Assembly (NCBI GenBank): GCA_965246715.1
Contig: CBDFFH010000005.1
Span: 311,148 to 375,147 of the forward strand
Direction: 5' to 3'
Length of the DNA: 64,000 nucleotides
Source of the DNA: Chamaesiphon sp.
GTDB lineage: Bacteria; Cyanobacteriota; Cyanobacteriia; Cyanobacteriales; Chamaesiphonaceae
Numbering within the stretch: position 1 is the stretch's first letter; each line of letters opens with the position of its first letter. Made by a program: the position numbers and the translations under genes. Under the pieces are notes generated by a model. That model had not been told where the DNA came from. It was given only the letters and a program-made list of their open reading frames with translations, and did no database searches. Shown here piece after piece: positions 51,036 to 61,135 of this stretch.

Positions 51036-53653
51036 AGCCGGAGCCAGGTGAAGTAAAATGTCGTACCCTGACCGAGTTCGGACTCCAGCCAAATCGTCCC
51101 ACCTTCGGCTTCGATAATTTTTTTAACAATTGCCAACCCAATCCCCGTACTGTCCGATCGATTTTGCGGATTCACGGCTTGGAAGATCTTAAACATCCGA
51201 TCGTGATGCTCTGGCGCAATCCCTGGGCCATCATCAGCGATCGCAAATTCATAGCAATCACCACGATCTTGGCAGGAAATCTGGATCGAGCCATCGGGAC
51301 GATCGTGATGTTTGATGCCGTTGCCGACCAAGTTGGCGAATACTTGGAACAAGGGTAGTCGTCTAGTCGATAGCGTCGGCAGTTCGGGCGGTAGCTCGAT
51401 CGTAAATGTCGGCGGTGGGGCGATCTGATCGATGACATCAGCCAGTAGTTCAGCAACTGCAACTGACTCGATTGTTTCGTCCAATTGACCGAGGCGGGCG
51501 TAGTCGAGCAAACCATCGATCGTGGCTTCCATCTTGTATACTCGGCTGCGTAACAGATTCATTTGCTGCTGATTGGCAACACTGAGCGATCCTTCCAAGT
51601 CTTCCTCGATCCATTCGGAGAGATTGGCAATACCTCGGAGGGGTGCTTTGAGATCGTGAGAGACGACATATACAAAGCTGTCTAGCTCTTGATTGCGCTG
51701 TTCCAAATCAGCTTGAGCCTGTTTGCGATCGGTAATGTCGTGGGCTTCTGCGACGATCGATTCAACTTGTCCGACCCCATCAAACATCGGTTTGAGCGAA
51801 AAGTCGGTAATCGTTACTCCGCCATTGGGATTGGGAAATTCTACTTCGTAGCGCACAAATCGACCGCTGGCGGCAGTGGCGATCGCGTCTCTGAGTTGCT
51901 GCTGAAGTTGCTCTGTATGCCACCAGGGAGCGTCCCAAAAGCTTTTACCAACGATTTCGGACTCTGGAACAGCGATCGAATTTAAGGCAGCTTGATTGAC
52001 CTCTAGCAACACCCCATCGAGGCTGACTAATCCCATTAAGTGGAAAGTCTGGTTGAAAATGGCACTAAATTTGCGTTCGCTCTGAAGTAGTGCGACCGAT
52101 CGGAGTTTGAGATCGGTGATAATTTCCGAGAACATAATGATGCCGCCAACTTCATCGGTATCGGTATACCAAGGACGAGCTTCCCAGCGCACCCAATCGA
52201 TCGATCCATCGGGACGCGGAAATAGATCTTCTTCGCAGCGTTCGATCGCTCCAGCGAGACAACGCTGGTGCATTTCTTTCCATTCTTGGGGCAGATTGGG
52301 ATAAAGATCGTAGTGAGATCGTCCCACAATCTCGCAGTCGCGTAGCTCGTGGCAATCGAGCCAGACATCGCTAGCACTCAGATAGCACATGTCTCGATCC
52401 AACATCGCGACTCCCGCTGGCACGTATTTAACGAAGAGCTGCAATTGTGATTCCCGTTGGCGCAATTGGGCTTCTAGCTGTTTGCGTTCGGTGATGTCAT
52501 GGGCGATCGCATACACCAAATTCTGCTCGTCAGACGGTCTCGAACTCCACGACAGCCAGCGATAGGAGCCATCTTTGCAGCGATAGCGATTTTCAAACCT
52601 AAGCGAGATCTGACCTGCACTCAATCCTTGGGCAGCCGCTAGCGTGGTGGCGAGATCGTCGGGATGTACCAAGTCCAGATAGGGTTGTGCCATTAATTCT
52701 GCGGCAGTGAAGCCCAAGGTCTGCTCCCAGGCTGGATTTAACCTAATGAAGTATCCCTCAAAATTGGCGATCGCCAGCAGATCGAGCGATAAATCGAAGA
52801 ATCGTTCTTTGGTCTGCCATAGGCAATCGCGCTCTCGCTCGGCTTGGAGGCGTTCGATTTCATTCTGCTTGCGTTCGTTAATATCCCTAAAATAAATCCC
52901 TAAACCGATCTCCGAGGGATAAGCATGAATCTCGAACCAAGTACCAGTTGGCTCGTATAATACTTCAAAATGCACTGCCACTCGATTGGTCACAGCTCGG
53001 CGATATTCCTGCTCGACGATGTTACCGACCGACCACGGAAAAACTTCCCAATGGGTTTTACCCAAAAATTCTTCAGGTACAAGACCGACTAATTGACGCA
53101 CTATTTCAGTTGCCGTCGGATTCGTATAGATCATCCGCCACTCGAGATCGAGCATGACATAGGCATCGGTCATGCTTTCCCAAATCGTCGTCATCTGCTG
53201 ATTCTTGGCTTGCAGCGTGAGTTCAGCTTGCTCTTTAGAATGCTGCAATTGCAGGCGGAGGCGGGTATTCTCGATCGCCATTCGCATCGTCGATCGCAAG
53301 AGTTCTGGTGTCAGGTCGCCCTTGACTAAATAGTCTTGAACACCTAATTTCATGGCTCTGACCGCAATTCTTTCGTTGCCATTGCCCGTCAGCATCACCA
53401 CAGGTGGACTACTGCCATTATTTTGAGTATTTAGTGCGGCTAAAAATTCCAGCCCATCCCCATCCGGCAGCGCATAATCGAGCAGGATCGCATCAATTAT
53501 GTTCGATCGGCACAATTCCAGCCCTGCTGCGACAGATTCCGCTTCCAACAGTTGATAAACACAGCTTGAATCTTGGCTTAGAGTATGTTGATATAGCTCT
53601 CTATATGTCGCTAAGTCTTCAACAATGAGCAATGTGAAGGTGGGAATAGGCAT
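51032..53653 (-). CDS. Receiver-PAS(x4) histidine kinase
   Basis: LLDYALPD receiver, four PAS/PAC units, SHDLKAPLR, TGIGLAIV. Confidence 0.93.
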   Translation of the reverse strand: MPIPTFTLLIVEDLATYRELYQHTLSQDSSCVYQLLEAESVAAGLELCRSNIIDAILLDYALPDGDGLEFLAALNTQNNGSSPPVVMLTGNGNERIAVRAMKLGVQDYLVKGDLTPELLRSTMRMAIENTRLRLQLQHSKEQAELTLQAKNQQMTTIWESMTDAYVMLDLEWRMIYTNPTATEIVRQLVGLVPEEFLGKTHWEVFPWSVGNIVEQEYRRAVTNRVAVHFEVLYEPTGTWFEIHAYPSEIGLGIYFRDINERKQNEIERLQAERERDCLWQTKERFFDLSLDLLAIANFEGYFIRLNPAWEQTLGFTAAELMAQPYLDLVHPDDLATTLAAAQGLSAGQISLRFENRYRCKDGSYRWLSWSSRPSDEQNLVYAIAHDITERKQLEAQLRQRESQLQLFVKYVPAGVAMLDRDMCYLSASDVWLDCHELRDCEIVGRSHYDLYPNLPQEWKEMHQRCLAGAIERCEEDLFPRPDGSIDWVRWEARPWYTDTDEVGGIIMFSEIITDLKLRSVALLQSERKFSAIFNQTFHLMGLVSLDGVLLEVNQAALNSIAVPESEIVGKSFWDAPWWHTEQLQQQLRDAIATAASGRFVRYEVEFPNPNGGVTITDFSLKPMFDGVGQVESIVAEAHDITDRKQAQADLEQRNQELDSFVYVVSHDLKAPLRGIANLSEWIEEDLEGSLSVANQQQMNLLRSRVYKMEATIDGLLDYARLGQLDETIESVAVAELLADVIDQIAPPPTFTIELPPELPTLSTRRLPLFQVFANLVGNGIKHHDRPDGSIQISCQDRGDCYEFAIADDGPGIAPEHHDRMFKIFQAVNPQNRSDSTGIGLAIVKKIIEAEGGTIWLESELGQGTTFYFTWLRL

Positions 53654-53679
53654 TTTTCACTCCCAACAGATGCAACTGT

Positions 53680-53724
53680 TGCTACGATCGATTAGTCCAT
53701 ATTATGGACTAATCGATCGTAGCA
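53680..53724. repeat. Perfect 22-bp-arm palindrome with a 1-nt centre
   Basis: TGCTACGATCGATTAGTCCATA-T-TATGGACTAATCGATCGTAGCA. Confidence 0.95.
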
Positions 53725-53894
53725 GATCTAGATTCTGTTCTCAACCTCAAAAATGTTGCAAATAATTGCCACAGAGAAAATTTATCGCTCGAATTCCGAG
53801 CTTAACCGTTCCCGCGAGCCTGCGCTTTGCGCTTACAGTATCAAGCACTCTCGGTGTGCCTAGTCATACCTCGGATCGATCTTTCCCGATCTCG

Positions 53895-53967
53895 GTTGAT
53901 GTTTGGCATTAGCGGCTGTAAAAAATTGGCGATCGGATGACTTTGTGCTAAAAATAGCAACTTTTAT
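53895..53967 (-). pseudogene. Duplicated 5' fragment of ldhA
   Basis: 53908-53964 closely matches 46302-46358 (KVAIFSTKS.DRQFFTAAN); start codon is ATA. Confidence 0.85.
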
Positions 53968-54000
53968 AGCTTGTGTTTATTTAACTCAGATTTCGCACTA

Positions 54001-54093
54001 TTAAAATCGTCGCTAATGATACAAAGTCCGCCTACGCGGACTAGGAGTCTTAACCCGCGTAGGCGGGTTTTGCAACATGAGCCACGATTTCAA
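54001..54093. repeat. Long imperfect hairpin repeat downstream of pyk
   Basis: CAAAGTCCGCCTACGCGG ... CCGCGTAGGCGGGTTTTG with outer AAATCGT/ACGATTT arms. Confidence 0.7.
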
Positions 54094-54117
54094 TCGTTGG
54101 CGGTACTAGACCTGAAA

Positions 54118-55692
54118 TCACCATGAATGGAGTGCCCGCAATTGAGGTGTTTTTTTCAATTGATGGGCTTCCATCCGCGTGAGTACATCATCCAAAATAC
54201 CGATCGCTTCGGCAATAAATGGCCCTTTATTTAACATCACACATTCAGCCCGTTCGGACATGGCAACATCGCTCATTTCTCCCCGCGAAGGAATACCATC
54301 TTTGACCAAATTCTCTAATACTTGAGTTGCCCAAATTACCGGAATATGTGCTGCTTCACAAATCCACAGCATTTCTTCCTGGATCTCGGTGAGACGTTGA
54401 TAGCCAATTTGAACGGCTAAATCGCCCCTGGCAATCATCACCCCAAAAGATCCTTTTCCGGCGGCATAAACGATTAATTCGGGCAGATTGGTAACGGCAA
54501 TTGCAGTCTCAATCTTGGCAACGATCGCTGGTGGGGACAGGCGGTTTTCACAACGTTTATTCAGCTCTTGTTGTAGTAATTCAATATCGGCAGGTCGTTG
54601 TACAAATGAGTAACCGATAATATCCGCATGAACTGCGACAAAATCTAGATCGGCTAAATCTTGTTCGGTTAGTGGACTCAGATCTAAAACTGTATCTGGG
54701 AAATTCATCCCCTTTTCAGGTTTGAGTTTGACTCCTTTGGGACTAGTATTAGTCACTTCTAATAATAGTCCTGGCCGTTCGTGGCGATTACCTACGGTAG
54801 GCTGCGCCAACGGGTATTGGGTATCGATTACACGAGCCTGAATCTTACCGTCATCGATGTAGACAGGGGTATCAACAGCTAATAAATCGAGAATACTCGG
54901 AATCGTACAGCTAGTCTGGAACTGCTTTACATGGGTCGATTTAGCCCGATCTGCTGCACTTTCAGATCCGCGCCGCGATAGTACAATTCGATCGCCTGTA
55001 AATACCCGTTTTTTATCATGTGGCGCAAGTACAGCCCCAGTGCGAATTTTGGGACCGCCTAAATCCATCATAATTTTACATGACGTTCCTGTTTCTCGTT
55101 CGGCGCGGCGAATATTATCGATCGCGCCTTGCCAGATTGCTGGCGTATCGTGGGCGCAATTAATCCGCATACAGTTCGCGCCGCGTTGGATAAAACCTCG
55201 CACTAGCTCATAGTTGGTGGCGGCTTCAGTATCCAGCGTGACCATAATTCTGACTCGACGATGGGGTGATGATACACCGAATAGTTCTTCCGTGTGCTGC
55301 TGTAGTAATCGATCGCCTTCAAAGAAGAATTCGATCGGTGGACGCTGGAAATGTCGATCCGATTTAGAGCCACAGATGACTTCTAGAGTGGCAATCACCG
55401 CATCGAGGTTGGGCATTACCCGCCCTTCAATCCGACCTAATGAGGACAAACCCCAAGGCATCAGTGCAGCTTGGAGAGAGCGCAGATCGTGCCGACGTAA
55501 AGCTAGATATTCAGCCAAATTCACGGCACTATCGATAAACGCCGTCCGCTGAATGTGCGGGTTCCACCCATCAAAGGTGGCTTTCCCTTCTCTTTCGACG
55601 GTCTGGCGCAGTTGTTGCAGCATCGATAGTAAATCCTGGGGACTGGATAGATGGAGTGGTTCGGTACTAGGTTTGGAAATTTGACTAACCAT
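54118..55692 (-). CDS. pyk: Pyruvate kinase (atypical long-N-terminus type)
   Basis: RINCAHD, MDLGGPKIRTG, AKIET, MIARGDLAV, WATQVLE, AECVMLNKG. Confidence 0.9.
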   Translation of the reverse strand: MVSQISKPSTEPLHLSSPQDLLSMLQQLRQTVEREGKATFDGWNPHIQRTAFIDSAVNLAEYLALRRHDLRSLQAALMPWGLSSLGRIEGRVMPNLDAVIATLEVICGSKSDRHFQRPPIEFFFEGDRLLQQHTEELFGVSSPHRRVRIMVTLDTEAATNYELVRGFIQRGANCMRINCAHDTPAIWQGAIDNIRRAERETGTSCKIMMDLGGPKIRTGAVLAPHDKKRVFTGDRIVLSRRGSESAADRAKSTHVKQFQTSCTIPSILDLLAVDTPVYIDDGKIQARVIDTQYPLAQPTVGNRHERPGLLLEVTNTSPKGVKLKPEKGMNFPDTVLDLSPLTEQDLADLDFVAVHADIIGYSFVQRPADIELLQQELNKRCENRLSPPAIVAKIETAIAVTNLPELIVYAAGKGSFGVMIARGDLAVQIGYQRLTEIQEEMLWICEAAHIPVIWATQVLENLVKDGIPSRGEMSDVAMSERAECVMLNKGPFIAEAIGILDDVLTRMEAHQLKKTPQLRALHSW

Positions 55693-55988
55693 CTAAAAAT
55701 TAGGCGATTGGTTATCTTTGACCATACTTTAAGAAGATGAGGAATCCGTGAGGGATGCTCGATCGATAGATAAATAAGCTGGTACAATTATTTATCGAGT
55801 AGACAATGCCTGAAACCTATTCGGCGGGCAGTGCCCACCTTACTAGCTAATAACGATCTCATTTTTCTTTTCAGCAGTTCAAAAATCTTCAGACTATCGA
55901 TCTTCATTTTAAAAAAGTGAACATAAAGTAATGGTTTTTAGATTCGGGTATAAAGTTTTTTTATAGTTTCCAAGTAAGAGTAGATTAA

Positions 55989-58262
55989 ATGATAGTTGTA
56001 GGGCAAGTCAATTGGTTCGGTGGCTTAAATAAAGAAAGAAATACTATTAATAACTTTGGATTTATTACTCCTTGTGGAGTAGCTAATTCTGAGAAAATTT
56101 TTGTCCACCGCAACAATGTACCAAAGTATTTACAAGATTTATTAGAGGCAAATAAAGGAGAAGGGGTTTATGTTGAATTTGAGATTGAGATAGATAAGGC
56201 GAATAGGCAGAGTGCTGTCAATGTTGAATTAAAAACTTTTATTAGCACTGTATCTAAGCATGAAAGTGGAAGACTATACATTAACTATGAAGATCGTTAT
56301 GATATCTACTTAAAATCTTCTAGTTCTTTGAAAGTTGGAGATATCTTGTATTTCGGTCTTCGCCATAGGTCGAATTACACAGAAGCAATTTCGATACAAA
56401 AAATTGAAGCTTCCTGCCAAAACATTGAGATTATTGAAAAGTGTATTCATAGTGATAATCCTGAGATTTTCAAAGTATTTCTAGCTCAATATGCCAAAAG
56501 TATTTCAAAAGAAGAAGCAAAGTCATTAATTCTCAAGAAAATTGAGCCTTTAAATCCTAGTGGAAAATGCTCTTTGATGAATAAGCTAGAGTCTATATGT
56601 CCATATGTGATTTTAGAATCACCTCAATTAAGAAATATTTTTAATGAATACAACTCTAATGGGTATGCTTGCTTTATCGATAAATATCTTGGCTTAGTTG
56701 ATGAAAATCTAATTCGTGAATTAGTAGATGAACTCATCGAAATTTTGAGAGGATACACTGATTCACAACGTTCTTTCTACTGGGATCGAATCAAATATCT
56801 TATAGATAACTTAGAATACAAAGGATATCTCTGGAATATTGCCCCGACTACTTATCAAAAACAGGTTATACAAAGCAAATATCAAAAATTCTTTGAAGTA
56901 GTCTCTCAGTTCGATGATTCTGATTATCCATATAGTCAAGCCACATCTCTTAGTTGTACTGAATTATACAATTTTACTGAAAATGACAATAAATTAATAC
57001 AAAAGTGGGTATCTGATGTTCCTGAGTATGATTCGTTTGCCAAAATGATGTCTGCTCGTGGAGCTGAGAAGCTAGTTATCAAATTTTACGAGACACTACT
57101 AGGTAACAAAGTAGAAGATATTTCAATTCATCAAGTTACTAAAGAAAGCGAAGATTGGAAAGTGGGTGACATTTGTCTTAACTCAAAAGATTTGATTGAT
57201 GTCAAAAATGCTCGTAAATCAAACAACTCAAATGTTTATTCTGAATTTTGTGTGCAAAGACATAAGAAAAATCAGGGAAGTGATGTAAAAATCATTGCTG
57301 TTTTATCTCCTATGTGTGGTAGGCAAGATATGGAAGATGCTATTATAAGCTCTCGCTTTGACAATCCCAAAGTATTAGGAAGTTTTGATAAGACAACTTT
57401 GAAAAAATTGGAGGAGTTTTTTATAAGTGAACGATTATCTACTATTCAAATATCAAGAGAAGGTAACTCAAATAATTATCTACCACCTTGGCTATTTGAT
57501 TATGACGATCTTTTTTATATCAAACAGATTGAGATTACCGCAAAATTCAAGCAATTAACAGATGTCGATATTCCAAAGTGGGAAGATGTTTTAATAATTA
57601 ACGAACCTGAAAAATTCTTTTCCATTTTCATAACTAGCAAACGTAAATTGCCACCTGACTGGCAAAATAATCTTCGCCATTGGGAAAAAGAATTTATCAA
57701 TGATTTGACGAATCTTCCTGTCGAGCGAATTTCATTACCTTATATATTTTTATCCTTATTAAGACATTTTTTAACTATGCTCTCCAGTAACGACCTGGAA
57801 TATAGTCCTCATCAATATCTAAATATACTAAGAACAGGCTGGATAGGTACTTATCCATTAAAAGTATACGATCCATTAGATATAATTAAGGATTTTTGTG
57901 AGTCGCTACAAAGTATTTGGCAATATCGGGAAAGTAAAGATTTAACTAAATTTAAAATTTTTAGATTTGATGGACAGGGGTTACTGCAAGGAAAGCATTC
58001 GGAGGGAGATCCTTTCAAGAAAATATTAGCTTACTGTGGAGGAAAAACCGATAAGGGTAAGTGCGGATGTACGCCCCTTGTCATCGGCAAGCATGAAACC
58101 TGCGAATTTTGTAAGTTCCTTATCTGCCCTATTGAAAAATGTGAATGTTGTTCCGAAGGCTGCAAGTCTTACCAGAAAAAGCTTAAAAAAAGAGAAGATT
58201 TAAAGCTAACGAAAAGAAGATTACCGGATATCAAGGCGGGAGAGCGAAAAAAGCACAGTTAA
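55989..58262 (+). CDS. AT-rich multidomain protein: cold-shock/OB domain, putative PD-(D/E)XK nuclease, Cys-rich Zn finger
   Basis: GQVNWF...FGFI...IFVH (RNP1/RNP2-like); RGAEKLV...GD...IDVKN; CGC..CEFC..CP..CECCSEGC. Confidence 0.65.
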   Translation: MIVVGQVNWFGGLNKERNTINNFGFITPCGVANSEKIFVHRNNVPKYLQDLLEANKGEGVYVEFEIEIDKANRQSAVNVELKTFISTVSKHESGRLYINYEDRYDIYLKSSSSLKVGDILYFGLRHRSNYTEAISIQKIEASCQNIEIIEKCIHSDNPEIFKVFLAQYAKSISKEEAKSLILKKIEPLNPSGKCSLMNKLESICPYVILESPQLRNIFNEYNSNGYACFIDKYLGLVDENLIRELVDELIEILRGYTDSQRSFYWDRIKYLIDNLEYKGYLWNIAPTTYQKQVIQSKYQKFFEVVSQFDDSDYPYSQATSLSCTELYNFTENDNKLIQKWVSDVPEYDSFAKMMSARGAEKLVIKFYETLLGNKVEDISIHQVTKESEDWKVGDICLNSKDLIDVKNARKSNNSNVYSEFCVQRHKKNQGSDVKIIAVLSPMCGRQDMEDAIISSRFDNPKVLGSFDKTTLKKLEEFFISERLSTIQISREGNSNNYLPPWLFDYDDLFYIKQIEITAKFKQLTDVDIPKWEDVLIINEPEKFFSIFITSKRKLPPDWQNNLRHWEKEFINDLTNLPVERISLPYIFLSLLRHFLTMLSSNDLEYSPHQYLNILRTGWIGTYPLKVYDPLDIIKDFCESLQSIWQYRESKDLTKFKIFRFDGQGLLQGKHSEGDPFKKILAYCGGKTDKGKCGCTPLVIGKHETCEFCKFLICPIEKCECCSEGCKSYQKKLKKREDLKLTKRRLPDIKAGERKKHS

Positions 58263-58444
58263 GTTTTGTAGGGTTTGCACTGCCCACAACCTCAAATCTC
58301 TACCCTGAGAAGGTTTTACGCTCAAATATTTTAACTACTCGATCGATATCGACGTACCCAGCGATCGATTTCCAGCAAAAAGCGACCCTTTGATTGCCAA
58401 CATGGGAATTTTTCAAGAAGATCCGACATAGGATACTTAGTGCC

Positions 58445-60708
58445 TTAATCAGTTAATTTAACGCGGCGTAACAACATGGCATTAATCGAAACAACGACTG
58501 TCGAAACGCTCATCAAGATTGCGCCGATCGCGGGCGTTAATAGAATGCCCAATGGAGCCGCTATACCTGCTGCTAGGGGAATGCCGATGACGTTGTAGCC
58601 AGTCGCCCAAAACAGGTTTTGAGTCATTTTGTTGTAGGTTGCTTTGGCGAGTTTCAGTGCGTAGGTGGCATCGAGTGGATCGCTTTTAATTAGCACCAAA
58701 TCGGCAGATTCGATCGCCACATTAGTTCCCGCACCGATCGCCAGTCCCAAATCTGCCTCTGTTAAAGCAGGGGCATCATTGATCCCATCGCCGACAAAAG
58801 CGATCGGTTGTTCGGCTTTGAGCCGATGAATCAGCGCAGCTTTGTCTTGCGGTAAGACACGAGCGTAATAGCGATCGATCTTCAAATCCTCAGCAACAGT
58901 TTTTGCCACTGCTTCGGCATCTCCGGTAATCATCACTACCTGCACGCCCATTTGCTGCAATTTAGCTACCGCTGCTCGTGCAGATGGTCGGATCCGATCT
59001 GCTAACCCAAAGATCGCCAGTACTTGCCGATCGTCCATTAAGACGATCGCGCTTTCACCCCGCGATTCACTCGCTTGTAATCCAGATCGCAATGCTGGGG
59101 GAAACTGTAATTTCAACTCCTGTACCCATTCTGGTCTGCCGACTCGATAACGCTGACTATTAACCCACATTCCGCACTTCGATTTCCGATCGAAGAGTAA
59201 TATACGAAGACTCGACATTTTAGCCATGTTACTGATTGTAAATGCTAGTAGCTTGTCGATCGCCGCAACGTAAAATCAGGCTTTTTTCATACTACTTTTC
59301 CGAAGTGCGGAATATGGGTATTAACTACACCTTCAACGCCTTGCCCTGGCACAGCTTTAAAGTCAGTCGCCTTGGCAAGCTGACTGTGGCGATGATTAGC
59401 CTCGATAACGATCGATTGTCCGAGCGGATGTTCTGATAAGGATTCTAGCGAGGCGGCAATGGTTAAAGCTTGCGGTTCACCAATGCCGTCAGTATAAATT
59501 TGCTTGACTCCGAACTTGCCTTCGGTCAATGTCCCTGTCTTATCAAAGGCGATCGTTTTAACCCCTCGCGCTCGTTCAAACGCTTCGCGGTTTCGTACCA
59601 AAATCCCGTTTTTAGCAGCCATCGCCGTGGCATTAATCGTGACCAAGGGAATAGCTAAACCCAGTGCGTGAGGACAGGTAATCACTAGCACCGTCACCGC
59701 CCGATTGATGGCAAATGTTAAACCACCCGTACCAATCGACAGCCACACAATAAACGTCAGCGTAGATACTCCGATCGCAATCAGAGTCAGCCAGTAAGCC
59801 AGTCGATCGGCTAAAGTTTGATATTGACTTTTAGATGCCTGAGCCTCCGCCACCAGCCGCATAATCTGGCTCAGAGTTGTTTTATCTCCAGTCCGAATCA
59901 CTTTAATTGTCAAAGCTCCTTCGCCGTTGACTGCTCCTGCGACTACTTCATCGCTGGTTTTTTTGACGACTGGAAGCGATTCGCCAGTGAGGAAGGCTTC
60001 ATTGACGCTAGAGGTACCCTCGATGACTTCACCATCGATCGGGACTTGTTCGCCAGGACGGATGAGAATGCGATTGCCCTCAGCTAACGCACTCACCTGA
60101 ACATCTTCAATCCGCCCATTGACTTGCTGATGAGCGATCTCAGGTACCAACTTAGCAAGATGCTCTAAAGCGCGGCTGGCTCCTTGTACAGAAGTCATTT
60201 CAATCCAGTGACCGAGCAGCATAATATCGACTAAAGTTACCAATTCCATGTAGAAGGAATCGCCTGGTAATCCAAAAGACACTGCCACACTGTAAACATA
60301 GGATACGGTGATTGCCAGCGCAACCAGCGTCATCATCCTAATTTTCCCGTGGAGTTCAGCCCAAGCTCCGTGCAGAAACACCCAGCCCCCATACCAATAA
60401 ATAACCGTCGCGAGAATGGGCGTAACCCAATCCACCCCAGCAAACTGAATCGCTTGGTAACTAAACCACATCTGAAACATCGGCGAAAGATACAGTACTG
60501 GCACCGATAGCAAGAGACAAATCAAGAAGCGACGCTGGAACATTGCGGGGCTATGTCCAGCGTGTTTGTCATGCCCTGCATGTTCGTGACTGGAATGTTG
60601 AGCTGGATCGTGTTGCTGTTGGTGCTGGTGCCCAATATGGCTCGGCTGGGGTCGGTTTTGCTCGCCCCGATCGCATTCGTGAAGCATTGGTGGCAAATCG
60701 TGTTTCAT
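58445..60708 (-). pseudogene. Copper-type P1B ATPase (CPH motif, His-rich N-terminus) interrupted by a MITE
   Basis: TGES, ITCPHALGL, DKTGTLT, SEHPL, GDGINDAPAL; frame restored (EGVVNSQRYRVG) on removing the insert and one ATTA; ATG 60708. Confidence 0.92.
59163..59319. mobile_element. 157-bp MITE with ACCC termini (IS982-like) and ATTA target duplication
   Basis: ACCCACATTCCGCACTTCG ... CGAAGTGCGGAATATGGGT; ATTA at 59159-59162 and 59320-59323. Confidence 0.92.
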
Positions 60709-60745
60709 AACTGCACCCTCCTGGGGATTATTTTTAACTTTTCGA

Positions 60746-61069
60746 TTAGCGATTCCCAGTCCTGCGACGTTCGGCTGCTGCGCGCGATCTGATTTGGGTG
60801 CTAAAACCACTCCGCTGCAATCTACTGGCAGCACGTTCGGCATCGGGACGCTCGGCATGGAAGCCTTCTAAAGTCCATTTGCGGTCGCGGGGACTGCGGT
60901 AATGAACGGTATAGCCACGTTGGTAAGTGGGACGACCTTGGGCTACTCTCAAATTTGTTTTTTCCAGCAATTTCTGGCTAACTGGTTGTAAATTCAGTGC
61001 ATTTGCCTCAAAGGGCAGCGTTACTAAAAAACCCGCATATACTAATGAGATAATAATTAGCTTGTTCAT
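60746..61069 (-). CDS. Small secreted basic hypothetical protein
   Basis: Signal peptide ending in ANA; Arg-rich mature part. Confidence 0.6.
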   Translation of the reverse strand: MNKLIIISLVYAGFLVTLPFEANALNLQPVSQKLLEKTNLRVAQGRPTYQRGYTVHYRSPRDRKWTLEGFHAERPDAERAASRLQRSGFSTQIRSRAAAERRRTGNR

Positions 61070-61135
61070 AAAAAATGTCTGGGCGATCGCCGATCGATCG
61101 ACATTGAGATCTAGTCAAGCAACCACGATCGTCAG

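Noticed and set aside
53975..54000. Resemblance to a dif/Xer site
   Set aside because: Arm spacing does not fit the 11-6-11 dif layout; better explained as an IS982-like end
59163..59227. Start of the 260-aa ORF as an independent gene
   Set aside because: The start lies within the MITE; the rest is the C-terminal half of the ATPase
60709..60858. Extended N-terminus of the Cu-ATPase ORF
   Set aside because: It overlaps the upstream 107-aa gene; ATG 60708 has a GAGGG RBS
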